Shown: positions 53,172-64,000 of the stretch, piece by piece
How positions within the stretch are numbered: the first letter of the stretch is position 1
How the letters are laid out: each line of letters opens with the position of its first letter
Assembly: GCA_964016885.1 (NCBI GenBank)
Contig: OZ024742.1
Coordinates: 291,338,001-291,402,000 of the forward strand
Length of the DNA: 64,000 nucleotides
Direction of reading: 5' to 3'
From: Eledone cirrhosa
Lineage: Eukaryota
Translations under genes and position numbers: made by a program
The notes under the pieces: generated by a model
The model's input: only the letters and a program-made list of their open reading frames with translations
What the model was told of the DNA's origin: nothing
Databases searched by the model: none

Positions 53172-53607
53172 GGTTAGAGCATTAGGCTTGCAATCGAAAG
53201 GTTGTGAGTTCAATTCTCGGACCGGGTGATGTATTGTTTCCTTGAGCAAGACACTTTATTTCACATTGCTTCAGTTTACTCAGCTGTAGAAATGAGATGA
53301 TAGGACTAGGGTCCCTATCATTCCACTGCAAGGTGGTCGTGGAGGTGCCACGGCAAAAAAAGCACCCAGCCCACACTGTAAAGTGGACATGTAGGCGCCA
53401 CAAAAAAAAAAGGCACCCAGCACTCACTGTTAATGAGGTTGGTGTTAGCAAGGGCATCCAGCTCTAGAAATCAAGCCAGGATCAGTTCCTGTATGAGCAA
53501 GACAAGGTCAGCCGACCGGACACTGCCCACAACAGGACAACCCGTCTAACCCATGCTAGCGTGAAAGACCGGATGTAAAACGATGATGATGATAATGATG
53601 ATGATGA
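53171..53607 (+). mobile_element. tRNA-derived SINE with complete RTE family-B 3'UTR tail
   Basis: Head and core as in 27915-28250; tail matches 8540-8812. Confidence 0.85.
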
Positions 53608-54236
53608 TATATATATAAGAATAATGATAATAATGATTTCTACTATAGGCACAAGGCTAGCAATTGGGGAGAGGGAAAAGTTGATTAAATTGACTCCAGT
53701 GAACTACCGGACATTTATTTTATCAACCCCCGTAAGGATGTAAGCCAAAACTATCCTCATCGGGATTTGAACTCAGAACGTAAAGGGCCGTAACTCTGTG
53801 CCGCAAAGCATAGTGTCTCAGAACTCAGAATGTAAAGGGACATAGCTTTATACTGCGAAGCATGGTGTCCAATGCCCTACTGATAATAATAACGATGATT
53901 TCTACTTTAGGCACAAGGCCAGCAATTTTTGGTGAGGGCAAAGTCAATTAAATCGACCCCAGTGTATTACTGGTGCTTTATTTTATGGACACTGTAAGGA
54001 TGAAAGCCAAAACTAACCTCGGTGGGATTTGAACTCAGAACGTAAAGAGGGCCGTAACTCTGTGCTGCAAAGTATGGTGTCTGATGTTCTGCCGATTTGG
54101 TGCCCTTTAATAATAATAGTAATAATACTAGCAGTTTGTAATTTTGGCACAAGGCCAAAATTGGAGGAAGATCAAAGTCAATTACATTGACTTCAGTATT
54201 TGACTGATATTTTTTTTTTTATCGCCAATAATAATA

Positions 54237-54424
54237 ATTGTTTCTACTTTTGGCACAAGGCCAGCAATTACCCAGTACATTACTGGTACTTTATTTTATC
54301 GACCCCGTAAGGATGAAAGGCAAAGTTAACCTCGGCGGGATTTGAACCCAGACCATAAAGGGCCGTAACCCTTTGCTGCAAAAAATGGCGTCCGACCCTC
54401 TATCGATACTGCCAATCCACCGCC
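54237..54424 (-). mobile_element. second tRNA-derived SINE family; other copies near 20167-20440, 23612-23800, 46199-46286, 53635-54100, 60005-60197, 62630-63015, 63627-63723
   Basis: tggcagtatcgatag A box, ggttcaaatccc B box, gcctttcatccttacggggtcgataaaataaagtaccag core (Meta/Nin-like from memory) and (ATT)n tail. Confidence 0.85.
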
Positions 54425-54425
54425 T

Positions 54426-54458
<33 letters not shown>

Positions 54459-55510
54459 CTCTCTTACTGGTTGCAGCCATTAGACTGTAGCTATGCTAGG
54501 GCTCTACTTTAAAGAAATTTAGTTGAACATTTTCATCCCAGTCCATTTTATTTCAAGTCTGGTATCTATCTCTTTTTGTCCAACTGCAAAGTTACAGGAC
54601 ACACACACACAATTAGTAGTACAGATTAAAAGTTTAAGCAAAGAATTTCTGCTTTCACTAAGCAGGATCATCTGAAACTTTGGATTTTGGTCTTTGTAAT
54701 TTATAACTAAACACACACACGTGTGTGTGTCTGTGAAAGGTGAACAGAAACAACACAAACGGTACAGTATATGGAAAGATTATATTAGTTTAACGCTTGA
54801 AATAGCAGGAAGAGGGTCTTAACATTTTGGATGCTAGTCCTTCATTAGAAGAAAGAATGAGAAATTAGAAAGATTGGAGGATGGGCAGGATGGAGCACAC
54901 ACACACACACACACATATATATAATCATGTGAAATTAGGACATAGAATAGTGATTGAATGAATGGATTCGAATGGAGAGAAGAATCGAGAAAAATATTTG
55001 AACGTTACTTTATACCGCAAGAACAGCCATCCCAGAAATAGCGAGTTGGCGATTGTGATTAATTTTGGTAGGGTTATCTTATATGTATAGAGAGGCAGGG
55101 GGGGGGGGGCAGGAACCAGCATGATGTATGGGTAGGGGGTAGAAGAAGGGATGGAGCAGAGGTTAAGAGTTTAAATAGGTACTAGAAGTTTTGCGTAGAA
55201 CTTAGCAAGTTTAACAAAATATATTTAAAGGAATATATAATAGTGATTTGTTTTTGTTATGAAAATACGACAGAATATGAAAATATGGGTTGTTAGCGAG
55301 AATGTAAGGTTTAAGATAAGATCGCCGTATTTTGGGCATATTTTAACAATAAACGAAAATACAAGATTTGTTTTGTTTAAGAAAATACGATAGAGAAAAT
55401 GCGGTGATAGGGAAAATATGATTTTTAGAGAAAAAAATATGATATAGAATGGTGAAAATATGGTATAGTGTGAAATTAGGACAATTAAGGCCAATTAGGT
55501 CAATTAAGGT

Positions 55511-58066
55511 CAATTAAGGCCAAAAAGCAGGCTTGGAAAGCATGGCGGGATGGGGGAAGTAGAGAAGACTATCAAGTGGCCAGGAGGGAAGCTAGGAGAC
55601 AAGTGTACTTCGCAAGAAGGGAAGCAGAGGAAAGAAAGTTCAAGCATGTTCTACAACGTGAGGACCAAAAACGTGAGGTGTTCAGGATTGCCAGGCAATG
55701 TGTCAAGGAAAACCGTGATATTGTCGGAGAGAAGTGTGTACTTAACGATGATGGCATACTTGCCATCACCGACGCTGATAAGAAGGTAGCTTGGAAGTGT
55801 CACTACGAAAGGCTTCTAAATGAGGAGAACAAATGGGAGAAAGACAGTCTCCCCCACATCGACCCAATAGAGGGACCAGCAGTGTTAGTCCAGGGTAGTA
55901 CAATAAGCAAGGCAATCAAAGATATGAAGACGGGTAAGGCGGCTGGTCCTTCGGAAATAGTTGCTGAGATGCTGAAGGCATCTGGTTCGGTGGGACACAC
56001 CATGGTCACCCGGATAGTTAACCAAGTCATACAGAATGGGGTTGTTCCGAAGGGCTGGCGTAGCAGCATCATCGTTAACTGCTATAAGGGAAAAGGAGAT
56101 GCCCTAGATAGGAGTAACTATAGAGGCATTAAATTAATCGACCAGGTCATGAAGGTCACGGAAAAAGTAATAGCGCAACTAATCAGAGAGAGAATTGATC
56201 TAGATGAAATGCAGTTCGGATTTGTGTCAGGCAAAAGTACCACAGACGCTCTTTTCATTGTACGACAACTACAGGAGAAGTACCTAGCTAAAAGTAAACC
56301 CCTATACTTAGCTTTCGTCGACTTGGAGAAAGCCTTCGACAGAGTCCCCCGTTCCATTATCTGGTGGTCTCTTAGAAAACTAGGTGTTGACGAATGGCTT
56401 GTGAGAGCTATACAAGCCATGTATAAAGAAACAGTCAGTAAGGTTAGAATTAACAACGAATATAGTGAAGAGTTTAGCGTAAAAGTTGGTGTCCATCAGG
56501 GCTCTGTTCTTAGCCCCCTACTATTTATTATTGCCCTTCAGGCTATAACAGAGGAGTTCAAGACCGGCTGCCCATGGGAACTCCTATACGCAGATGATCT
56601 AACGCTCATAGCTGAATCAATGACCGAACTAGAGAAGAAATTCCAAACATGGAAGCACGGCCTAGAATCAAAAGGCCTTAAAATTAACCTGGCTAAGACT
56701 AAAGTTCTAGTTTGTAGGAAAGAAAATAAGGCGGCAGTCCCATCTGGGAAATGGCCATGCTCAGTGTGTAGGAAAGGCGTAGGTAGAAACTCCATTTTAT
56801 GTCCCAAATGCAAAGTATGGGTGCATAAAAGATGTAGTGGGATCACAGGTAAGCTAACTAAGAACATAGATTTTACATGTGGCCGGTGCTCTGGTGCAAT
56901 AAGTAGCAGCAAGTGCCCACAAAATACTAGCTCCTTCAACTGCGCAGAGGGTTCTATAGAAATAGTGGACAGCTTCCGTTACCTGGGTGACAAAATCAGC
57001 GGTGGGGGAGGGTGCTCTGAAAGTACAGTAGCTAGAGTCAGAACTGGATGGAAAAAGTTCAGAGAGCTTATACCACTATTAGCCGCTAGAGGGTTCTCCC
57101 TAAAAATGAAAGGCAGGTTATACGATGCCTGCATACGAACAGCAATGCTGCATGGCAGTGAGACCTGGGCATTGTGTGCAGAGGATATACGCAGACTAGA
57201 GAGGAACGAAGCTTGCATGCTCCGCTGGATGTGCAATAGTAATATACATGAACGGCAAAGCATAAACGAACTAAGGAAAAAATTAGAAATAAGAGGGATC
57301 AGATGTTGTTTACTCGAGAGAAGGCTACGTTGGTACGGTCACGTGATGCGCATGAAAGACGACAGCTGTATAACAAAGTGCAGGGCAATAAAGATAGACG
57401 GTAGCCACGGAATAGGCAGACCCAGAAAAACATGGGACGAGCTGATAAATTCCGACCTCACATGCTTACACCTCTCCAAGACAATGTCACTGGACCGAGA
57501 CCTTTGGCGGTACTCAGTAATAGAGAAGACCCGCCTTACCTAAATACAAAGTAAAAACCTACTATAGTCAGTAGGCATCTCTATCAACCCCCCCCCCCCC
57601 CCCCCCCCCGTCCCACCACCTCCACCCCATCCACACCGTCCCTTTCAATGTAAAGTTATGTTGGTCCCACAACATCCAGGCCGAAACAAATGAGATCGTG
57701 TAGGTGTCACGACAAAAAAACACACAGTCCACGCTGTAAATGTGGCCGTGTAGGCAACACGGTAAAAACCTCCCAGCCCCACACTGTAAATGTGGTTGGT
57801 GTTAGGAAGGGCATCCAGCTGTAGAAAACCCGCCAGACAGTCCACGCTGTAATGTGGCCGTGTAGGCAACACGGTAAAAACCTCCCAGCCCCACACTGTA
57901 AATGTGGTTGGTGTTAGGAAGGGCATCCAACTGTAGAAAACCCGCCAGACAGTCCTATGCGAGCAAGACAACCACTCTTGCCTCAAGTGGGAAAACCCCC
58001 GTCCAAACCCATGCAAGCGTGGAACACGGACGCTAAACCTGATGATGATGATGATGATGATGATGA
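55511..58066 (+). mobile_element. RTE LINE family A, 5'-truncated, with open RT frame (655-aa ORF in track)
   Basis: All RT motifs including LLYADD; no endonuclease domain; stop at 57543; duplicated 3'UTR unit; (GAT)n tail. Confidence 0.96.
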
Positions 58067-58650
58067 TCATCATCATCATCGTTTAACGTCCATCTTCCAC
58101 GCTTGCATGGGTTTGGACGGGAGTTTTCCCACTTGAGGCAAGATTGGTTGTCTTGCTCGTATAGGACTGTCTGGCGGGTTTTCTACGGCTGGATGCCCTT
58201 CCTAACACCAACCACGTTTACAGTGTGGACTGGGAGGTTTTTACCAAGCTAGCTACATGGCCACATTACAGCGTGGACTGTGTTTTTTTGTCGTGACACC
58301 TACACGTCTGGCGGGTTTTCTACGGTTGGGTGCCCTTCCTAACACCAACCATGTTTACAGTGTGGACTGGGAGGTTTTTACCGTGTTACCTACACGGCCA
58401 CATTACAGCGTGGACTGTGTGTTTTTTTGTCGTGACACCTACACGACCTCATTTGTTTCGGACTGGATGTTGTGGTACCAACATAACTTCACATTTAAGT
58501 GGATGGGGTGGGGATAGTGGGACAGGGTGTATTTTTGTTAGAGGTGCCTACAGACTGTAGGTTTCGCTTTGTACTTAGGCAAGGTGGGTCTTCTGTATTA
58601 CTGTGTAGCGCCAAAGATCTCGGTCCAGTGACATTGTCTTGGAGAGGTGT
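58067..58650 (-). mobile_element. RTE LINE family A-related 3' end, tail-to-tail with the preceding copy
   Basis: (GAT)n(CAT)n junction, then the reverse-complement 3'UTR and ORF end. Confidence 0.9.
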
Positions 58651-58732
58651 AATTTATTTTATATATATATATAAAATAAAATAATATGTGTAAGTCAAAC
58701 ATGTTACAGTTGGCTTCGTTTATTTTAATTCG

Positions 58733-58785
58733 CTGCTATATATATTTCAGTGACAGCCATTATTGACTGTGACCTCATCAAGCAG
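58733..58785 (-). ncRNA. minimal hammerhead ribozyme-like motif with C3U core
   Basis: ctgc-TTGATGA-ggtcacagtca ataa tggctgtcact-GAAA-tatata-TA-gcag; a related, deleted copy lies near 48452-48482. Confidence 0.6.
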
Positions 58786-59653
58786 TAAGAATTAATGTAG
58801 AAAAAACACGAAAACATGGTGTTGTAATGTGTTCTACCCTGTTAATTCATCGATATGTCCAGTTCCTGGGTGTGTTGTTAGTCCTCAAAGGAATTGGTAT
58901 CATATGGGCAAGAACAAACGAATTTTAGCGTCCAGGATATGCTCCCACCTCATTGGTCAGCTATCATACCACTCCCTAGCCGAAAGTCTATTGAAACTCT
59001 TCAGAAACAGGTCAGCCTGTTATAGTTGCTTTCATCAGTATGTTCAAGTCCAGCTGACCTACTTTACCATGGTGTTAGCAGGTTAACCATGGTTGGCTGC
59101 TGTTATAAGAGGAAGAATTTATGTCTGTAGATTGGCAGAGTTAGTGCATCTCCCTTGCCACTACGTCTTATAGTGGGAGATGCCAAACAAAAAAATGTGC
59201 ATGTGTTAAAACAAATAAAAAAAACTAAAAAAAAACCCGAGTGTCAGAATCCAGAAGTGTAAAGAACTACAATTCTTATTTCAGCATAAAATATATACAC
59301 GTATATGTCCGCCAACGCACACCATTGCGAGTACACATGTATAAACACAGGCTCGGGTGCATTCACATATTTACGTCCACACATCGGAACGCATACACAC
59401 AATTACATATATGCCCATGTGGATACACACACACGGACACAGGGTCAAAAGTCACCCCTTGGGATGGGGAGGGAGGTAAGTAGTAATAGGCGCGTCCTAT
59501 TTACTTGCAGTATTTAGCACCGACTCATGCGTGTGAAGGGGGTCAGGTTCGTGCCATTAGTACTATATATGAAATCACTATCCCCTATGTAAATCAGGAG
59601 TACTCAATACATTATTAGAGTATAGGTATATTCATTTTATTATAGAAATGACT

Positions 59654-59697
59654 TCTACAGAACTAGAACTGTTTCATTCAAAAGAAATCATCAGGAC
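59654..59697 (-). ncRNA. hammerhead ribozyme motif within hairpin 59628-59763
   Basis: tc-CTGATGA-t-ttc tttt gaa-t-GAAA-cag ttctagtt ctg-TA-ga; stem I is truncated at the hairpin centre. Confidence 0.65.
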
Positions 59698-60259
59698 ATG
59701 ATGATTTCTTATGAATGAAAGTTAAAGTCATGTAGAAGTAATTTCTATAATAAAATGAATATATGTGTGTGTCTGTGTAACTGGAACAAATTAGATGGAA
59801 AACAGTAAAAATGTTTTTAAAATGCAAGAATAACATGTGAATAGTCAGTACTGAAAAATATGTTTAGTTTCCTCTTCTACAGTAAATAAAGAATACTATT
59901 GTTTGGTAATAGAAATTATTCTTAGCATAAAGCCAGACATTCTTTGATTACTGGTGCCAGCTGATATGTTTGCTAAAGAGGGTAAATGTATTTTATTATT
60001 ATATTCGGTGGATTGGCAGTATCGGTAGAGGATCGGACACCATGCTTTGATGCATAGAGTTACAGCCCTTGCCATTCTGAGTTCAAATCCCGCTGAGGTT
60101 AACTTTGCCTTTCATCCTTACGGGGGTCGATAAAATAAAGTACCAGTAATGCACTGAGATAATTGCTGGCCTTGTGCCAAAAGTAGAAACAATTATTATA
60201 TTCATGGGTGGTGGATTGGTAGAATTGTTAGTTTTGGACAAACTGCTTTGAGGCATCTA

Positions 60260-61427
60260 TCGGATCATTGCAAAAGTTTGCGCCTGATTAGAAAATTAAA
60301 AGCAAAATTTAACATATTCACAAAAAAACATTTATAAGTGAAGTACATAGTCTCGTCTCCATTGTTTTTAATAACTGTCTTACATCCTTCTACAAACTTG
60401 TTGATGCCATTTTAATAGACACTTTGTGTTTTTTGTTGGGAGAAGGTTGTGAGGTAGTTTTGGACTGATTGTACAGAGTCAAATTTTTTATTATTTAAAT
60501 TGTTCTGTAGAGACCAGAATAAATGAAAATTCGAAGAAGCCAAGTCAGTAGAATATGGGAAGGGTGGAGGGTTTCCCATTTAAAATCTAAGTTTTTACAA
60601 GGTCTGTTTTGCAACATGCAGTCTTGCATCGTCATGGTGGAAAATGACACAATTCTTCTTTGTGAAGAAGCTTTGGAAGAAGCTCAAAGTGAATTATCCC
60701 TCTGCAGTCCCACCAAACAGACAGCAAAACCCTCATTGGATGGGTAGCCCACTTTAGCCACAGGTTCTGCACTTTCACAAGCTTGTTTCCAGCTCTGTTT
60801 GCATTAAACAGTATCATAAACGATCCATTTTCTATCACCTGTGACAATTCTGACATTTTTGTGGCATAACAGCAAAGAAGTCACCATAGAAATACGGTTG
60901 AGCTTGTTTTGTTCCATCAGAGAAAGTGGAACATGTTGGGTTTGGAAATGAACCCAAGTCTTTTCAAATGGTAAAAGGCAGCTGAGATATTGATTTTCAA
61001 ACTCTTAGCAATGATCTATCGAAATATTTGCTTTATTCTCCATAATGACAAACAAAGTGTCTTCATCAACGCTGGAAGGTCGTCTGGAGCATAATTGATG
61101 ATTTAGGTTAAAATCATCCTGACGAAATCTGCCAAACCCCTTTTTTGACCACCCAAAGAGCTGGAGCACGATCCAAATAAACCTAAATTTTTGTCACAGT
61201 TCTGATGCTTACTCCTTTCCAAAATTCATAGAGTATAACATGGCAAAAGTGCATCTTTTTATGCTCCATCTTTAAGGCATTCAACAAAGTCTGACTTGCA
61301 ACCGAACAATGCAAGGTTTCAATCTAGGACACACCAGAAAATCAGAACCAAAACAAACGCCAGTGTCAAGTTGCAGTTGTTTTATATTAACAATGAAAAT
61401 CGAGCACAAACTTTTGCAATGATCTGA
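60260..61427 (-). mobile_element. decayed mariner DNA transposon
   Basis: TA|tcggatcattgcaaaagtttg ... caaacttttgcaatgatctga|TA terminal inverted repeats. Fragments IVTGDRKWIVYD, VLLSVWWDCRGIIHFELLP, HHDDARLHV and PYSTDLASSNFHLF. Confidence 0.93.
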
Positions 61428-62117
61428 TAATTACAACCTTTCATCCTTCTGGAGTTGATAAAATAAAATACCAGTTAAGTGTTTGAGTTAATATAATTGA
61501 CTTTCCCCTCATCCTAATATTATTGATCATCCCTCCTCTCTCTCTCTTTATATATATATATATATAAATAATCCCATCCTCCAGTCCATGTACCCCCCCC
61601 CCCCATTCATCTGGTGCCCTTGTGGAAAATATATAAAATCTTTGTAAGTATTATTATTAGGAAATAAAACTAAAACTACTACTACTAATAATAATAATAA
61701 CAACAGAGTATTATTTAATTAGAATCTAAAACAATTTTATTTTTGTAAAACAAAAAAAAAAGCATTATTTACAAGGGAGAGAGAGGAAGAGAGAGAGGGA
61801 GGGAGGGAGGGAGGGAGGGAGGGAGGGAGGGAGAGAGGTTAGTATAGGCAATTGTTGAATGAATTTATACAACTGCAGAATTGGTAGAATATATTGGTGA
61901 ATAGATATTGGCAAATAGATACTTTGGCAGTAATTGACTGAATTTTAATGTGGCATCATTATAATTTTTTCAAAGATGGGTGTATGAGTCAAAACTAGCA
62001 ATACTGAATGGGCATGAGCCTGTAAGTTTGAAAATCTCTCTCTCTCTCTCTCTTCCTATTTCAAGCGTTAAACTAATATATTCCTTCCAATACAGTAGTT
62101 TGTGTTGTTATTTCTGT

Positions 62118-62186
62118 TTGACTGATGATCCATGTGGACTGATACTACACATATAAGTGGTGAAACGAAGCTAGGTTCGTATCAGC
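62118..62186 (+). ncRNA. type I hammerhead ribozyme motif with extended stem II
   Basis: ttga-CTGATGA-t-cca[tgtg...caca]tgg-t-GAAA-cgaa gctagg ttcg-TA-tcag. Confidence 0.78.
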
Positions 62187-63737
62187 AAAATATAGTTATA
62201 AGGTTTGTGATTTAAAATTCCAATCCAGAGATTTGATTCTGATCTGGTTTTTTTCTATTTAATTGCTAACCTGTAGATATTGTTCCCTATACAGTAGCGG
62301 TAAAATCACTTGTAATAATTCTTTACACACATCTCACTGTGTAACACACTTCTCTTTGTGTAATATATACTTGCATTTGAGCTCAGAAGGAAATTCTCTA
62401 TTCTTCTTTGAGCTAATAATATTATTATTATTATTACAGTGAACTGCGGAATACTCTTAATTCCGATCTTTGTATATATATATGTATATATATATAAAGA
62501 TCCCATAACTCCTTGTGGAGTTGTAGAGGCACTGTCATATGGTGTGTCTAGGGCACATTTAAACCTGGCAGAGCCCAACCCTCTCCAGGTCTGAACACAA
62601 CCGATTTTTTCTATAGAGGAAGAATCGACTCCAATACTGGACTGGTACTTTTTTTTATCGACCTCGAAAGGATGAAAGGCAAAGTTGACCCCGGCAGGAT
62701 TTGAACTCAGAGCGCGCAATGAGGTGGGACGAACACCGTAAAGCATTTTATCCGACATCTTAACGACTGTCAATTCGCCATTATTATATATATATATATA
62801 TATATATATAATTGTTTCTACTTTTGGCACAAGGCCAGCAATTACCCAGTGCATTACTGGTACTTTATTTTATCGACCCCGTAAGGATGAAAGGCAAAGT
62901 TAACCCAAATCCCGCCGAGGTTAACTTTACCTTTCATCCTTACGGGGTCGATAAAATAAAGTACCAGTAATGCACTGGGAAATTGCTGGCCTTGTGCCAA
63001 AAGTAGAAACAATTATTATATATAATATGGTAAATAAAGGGCTAATTAAATAAAATACTGTGCCAAAGATAATAGAATTTACTGGAAAGGTTGAAAACAA
63101 ATTCTTTTTCACAAGAATTAATAATCAAACATTAGCAAATCATAGAGATATAATTCTGGAGAGAATGCAGAGTTCTGAAAAGACTTTAAACCGCTTCCAT
63201 TGATTATTCCATTTGTATTTAAACCTTTCATTGCTATATTTCTAATGAAAAACACTGCCTATGAAATTTTCAAATAATTGTGAAAACTAATCAAGAATTT
63301 GCTAATATTTAATAATATATATAACTGTCTCATTATAAAGCAATATTAAACTGGAACACAACTTAAAGATTCGTACATGACATTATAATGAAGGCATTTA
63401 GATAATTATAAACACTTTAAAATAAACAGTTTTGCGTCCTAAAACCAAGCAGTTTGGTATCAAAATGGTTAATTCATTATATATATAAGTTGTTACCACA
63501 ACAGAAGTCCGACGAGATTTTGATTCCAGAGTTGGGCTAGATTGATATATATCAAACCTTGAACTGATCAATAGCAAAATGCGTGTCACTATTCAATAAA
63601 TGTAATGAAGACATAAATTGTCCGTTAAGGTCAACTTTGCCTTTCATCCTTACGGGGTCAATAAAATAAAGTACCAGTAATGTACTGGTAGTTGCTGGCC
63701 TTGTGCCAAAAATAGAAACAATTATATATATATATAT

Positions 63738-64000
63738 CATCATCATCATTTTACGTCCGCTTTTCCCTGCTTGCAAGGGTGGGACAGGTCTTATTCAGCA
63801 CAGCATCTCTCCACTTGTCACGGTCCTTCGTCATCTCCACTGTGAGCTTCAGCCATCTGAGGTCTGTTCTCACCACCTTCGCCCATGTTTTTCGTGGTCT
63901 ACCTCTACCACGTCTTCCTTCAACTGACATTTCCTGGCACTTCTTTACCCATCGGTCATCCTCCATGCGCATCACATGTCCATACCACCTCAGTCTCCTC
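63738..64000 (-). mobile_element. RTE LINE family C, 3' end (runs off the window)
   Basis: Encodes [26 protein letters not shown]; matches 12815-13085. Confidence 0.92.

Noticed and set aside
54805-54855. Degenerate hammerhead-like remnants (also about 31405-31440, 35975-36010 and 42000-42025)
   Set aside because: The cores carry several substitutions and the stems are incomplete; compatible with decayed Penelope-like ends but not supportable individually.
62306-62854. 182-aa ORF
   Set aside because: A mosaic of SINE sequence, microsatellite and unassigned fragments with no recognisable domain.

Overview
This window is AT-rich, microsatellite-dense eukaryotic genomic DNA; the repeat content suggests a cephalopod such as octopus (inference). 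One host gene is present on the minus strand: eight GT-AG exons (39259 down to 24875) splice in frame into the C-terminal 353 aa of a CDP-diacylglycerol synthase (phosphatidate cytidylyltransferase, CDS1/CDS2 family). Its 5' exons were not found and probably lie beyond 64000. The rest is mostly transposon-derived: 5'-truncated RTE-clade LINEs of at least four families, two tRNA-derived SINE families, two non-autonomous Helitrons, a decayed mariner, Penelope-like and CRE-like remnants, and MITEs. The main unexplained signal is about a dozen hand-folded type I hammerhead-ribozyme motifs from several unrelated repeat families. Many have non-canonical cores (U-U at 10.1/11.1, U4A, C3U), and two sets sit back-to-back in palindromes. 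Other notable items are a PHD-like finger inside the RTE reverse transcriptase, a twin-priming inversion, SINE tail swapping and a partial exon duplication. All structures and alignments were read by eye and none were computed. The many YI/IY ORFs are microsatellite artefacts.
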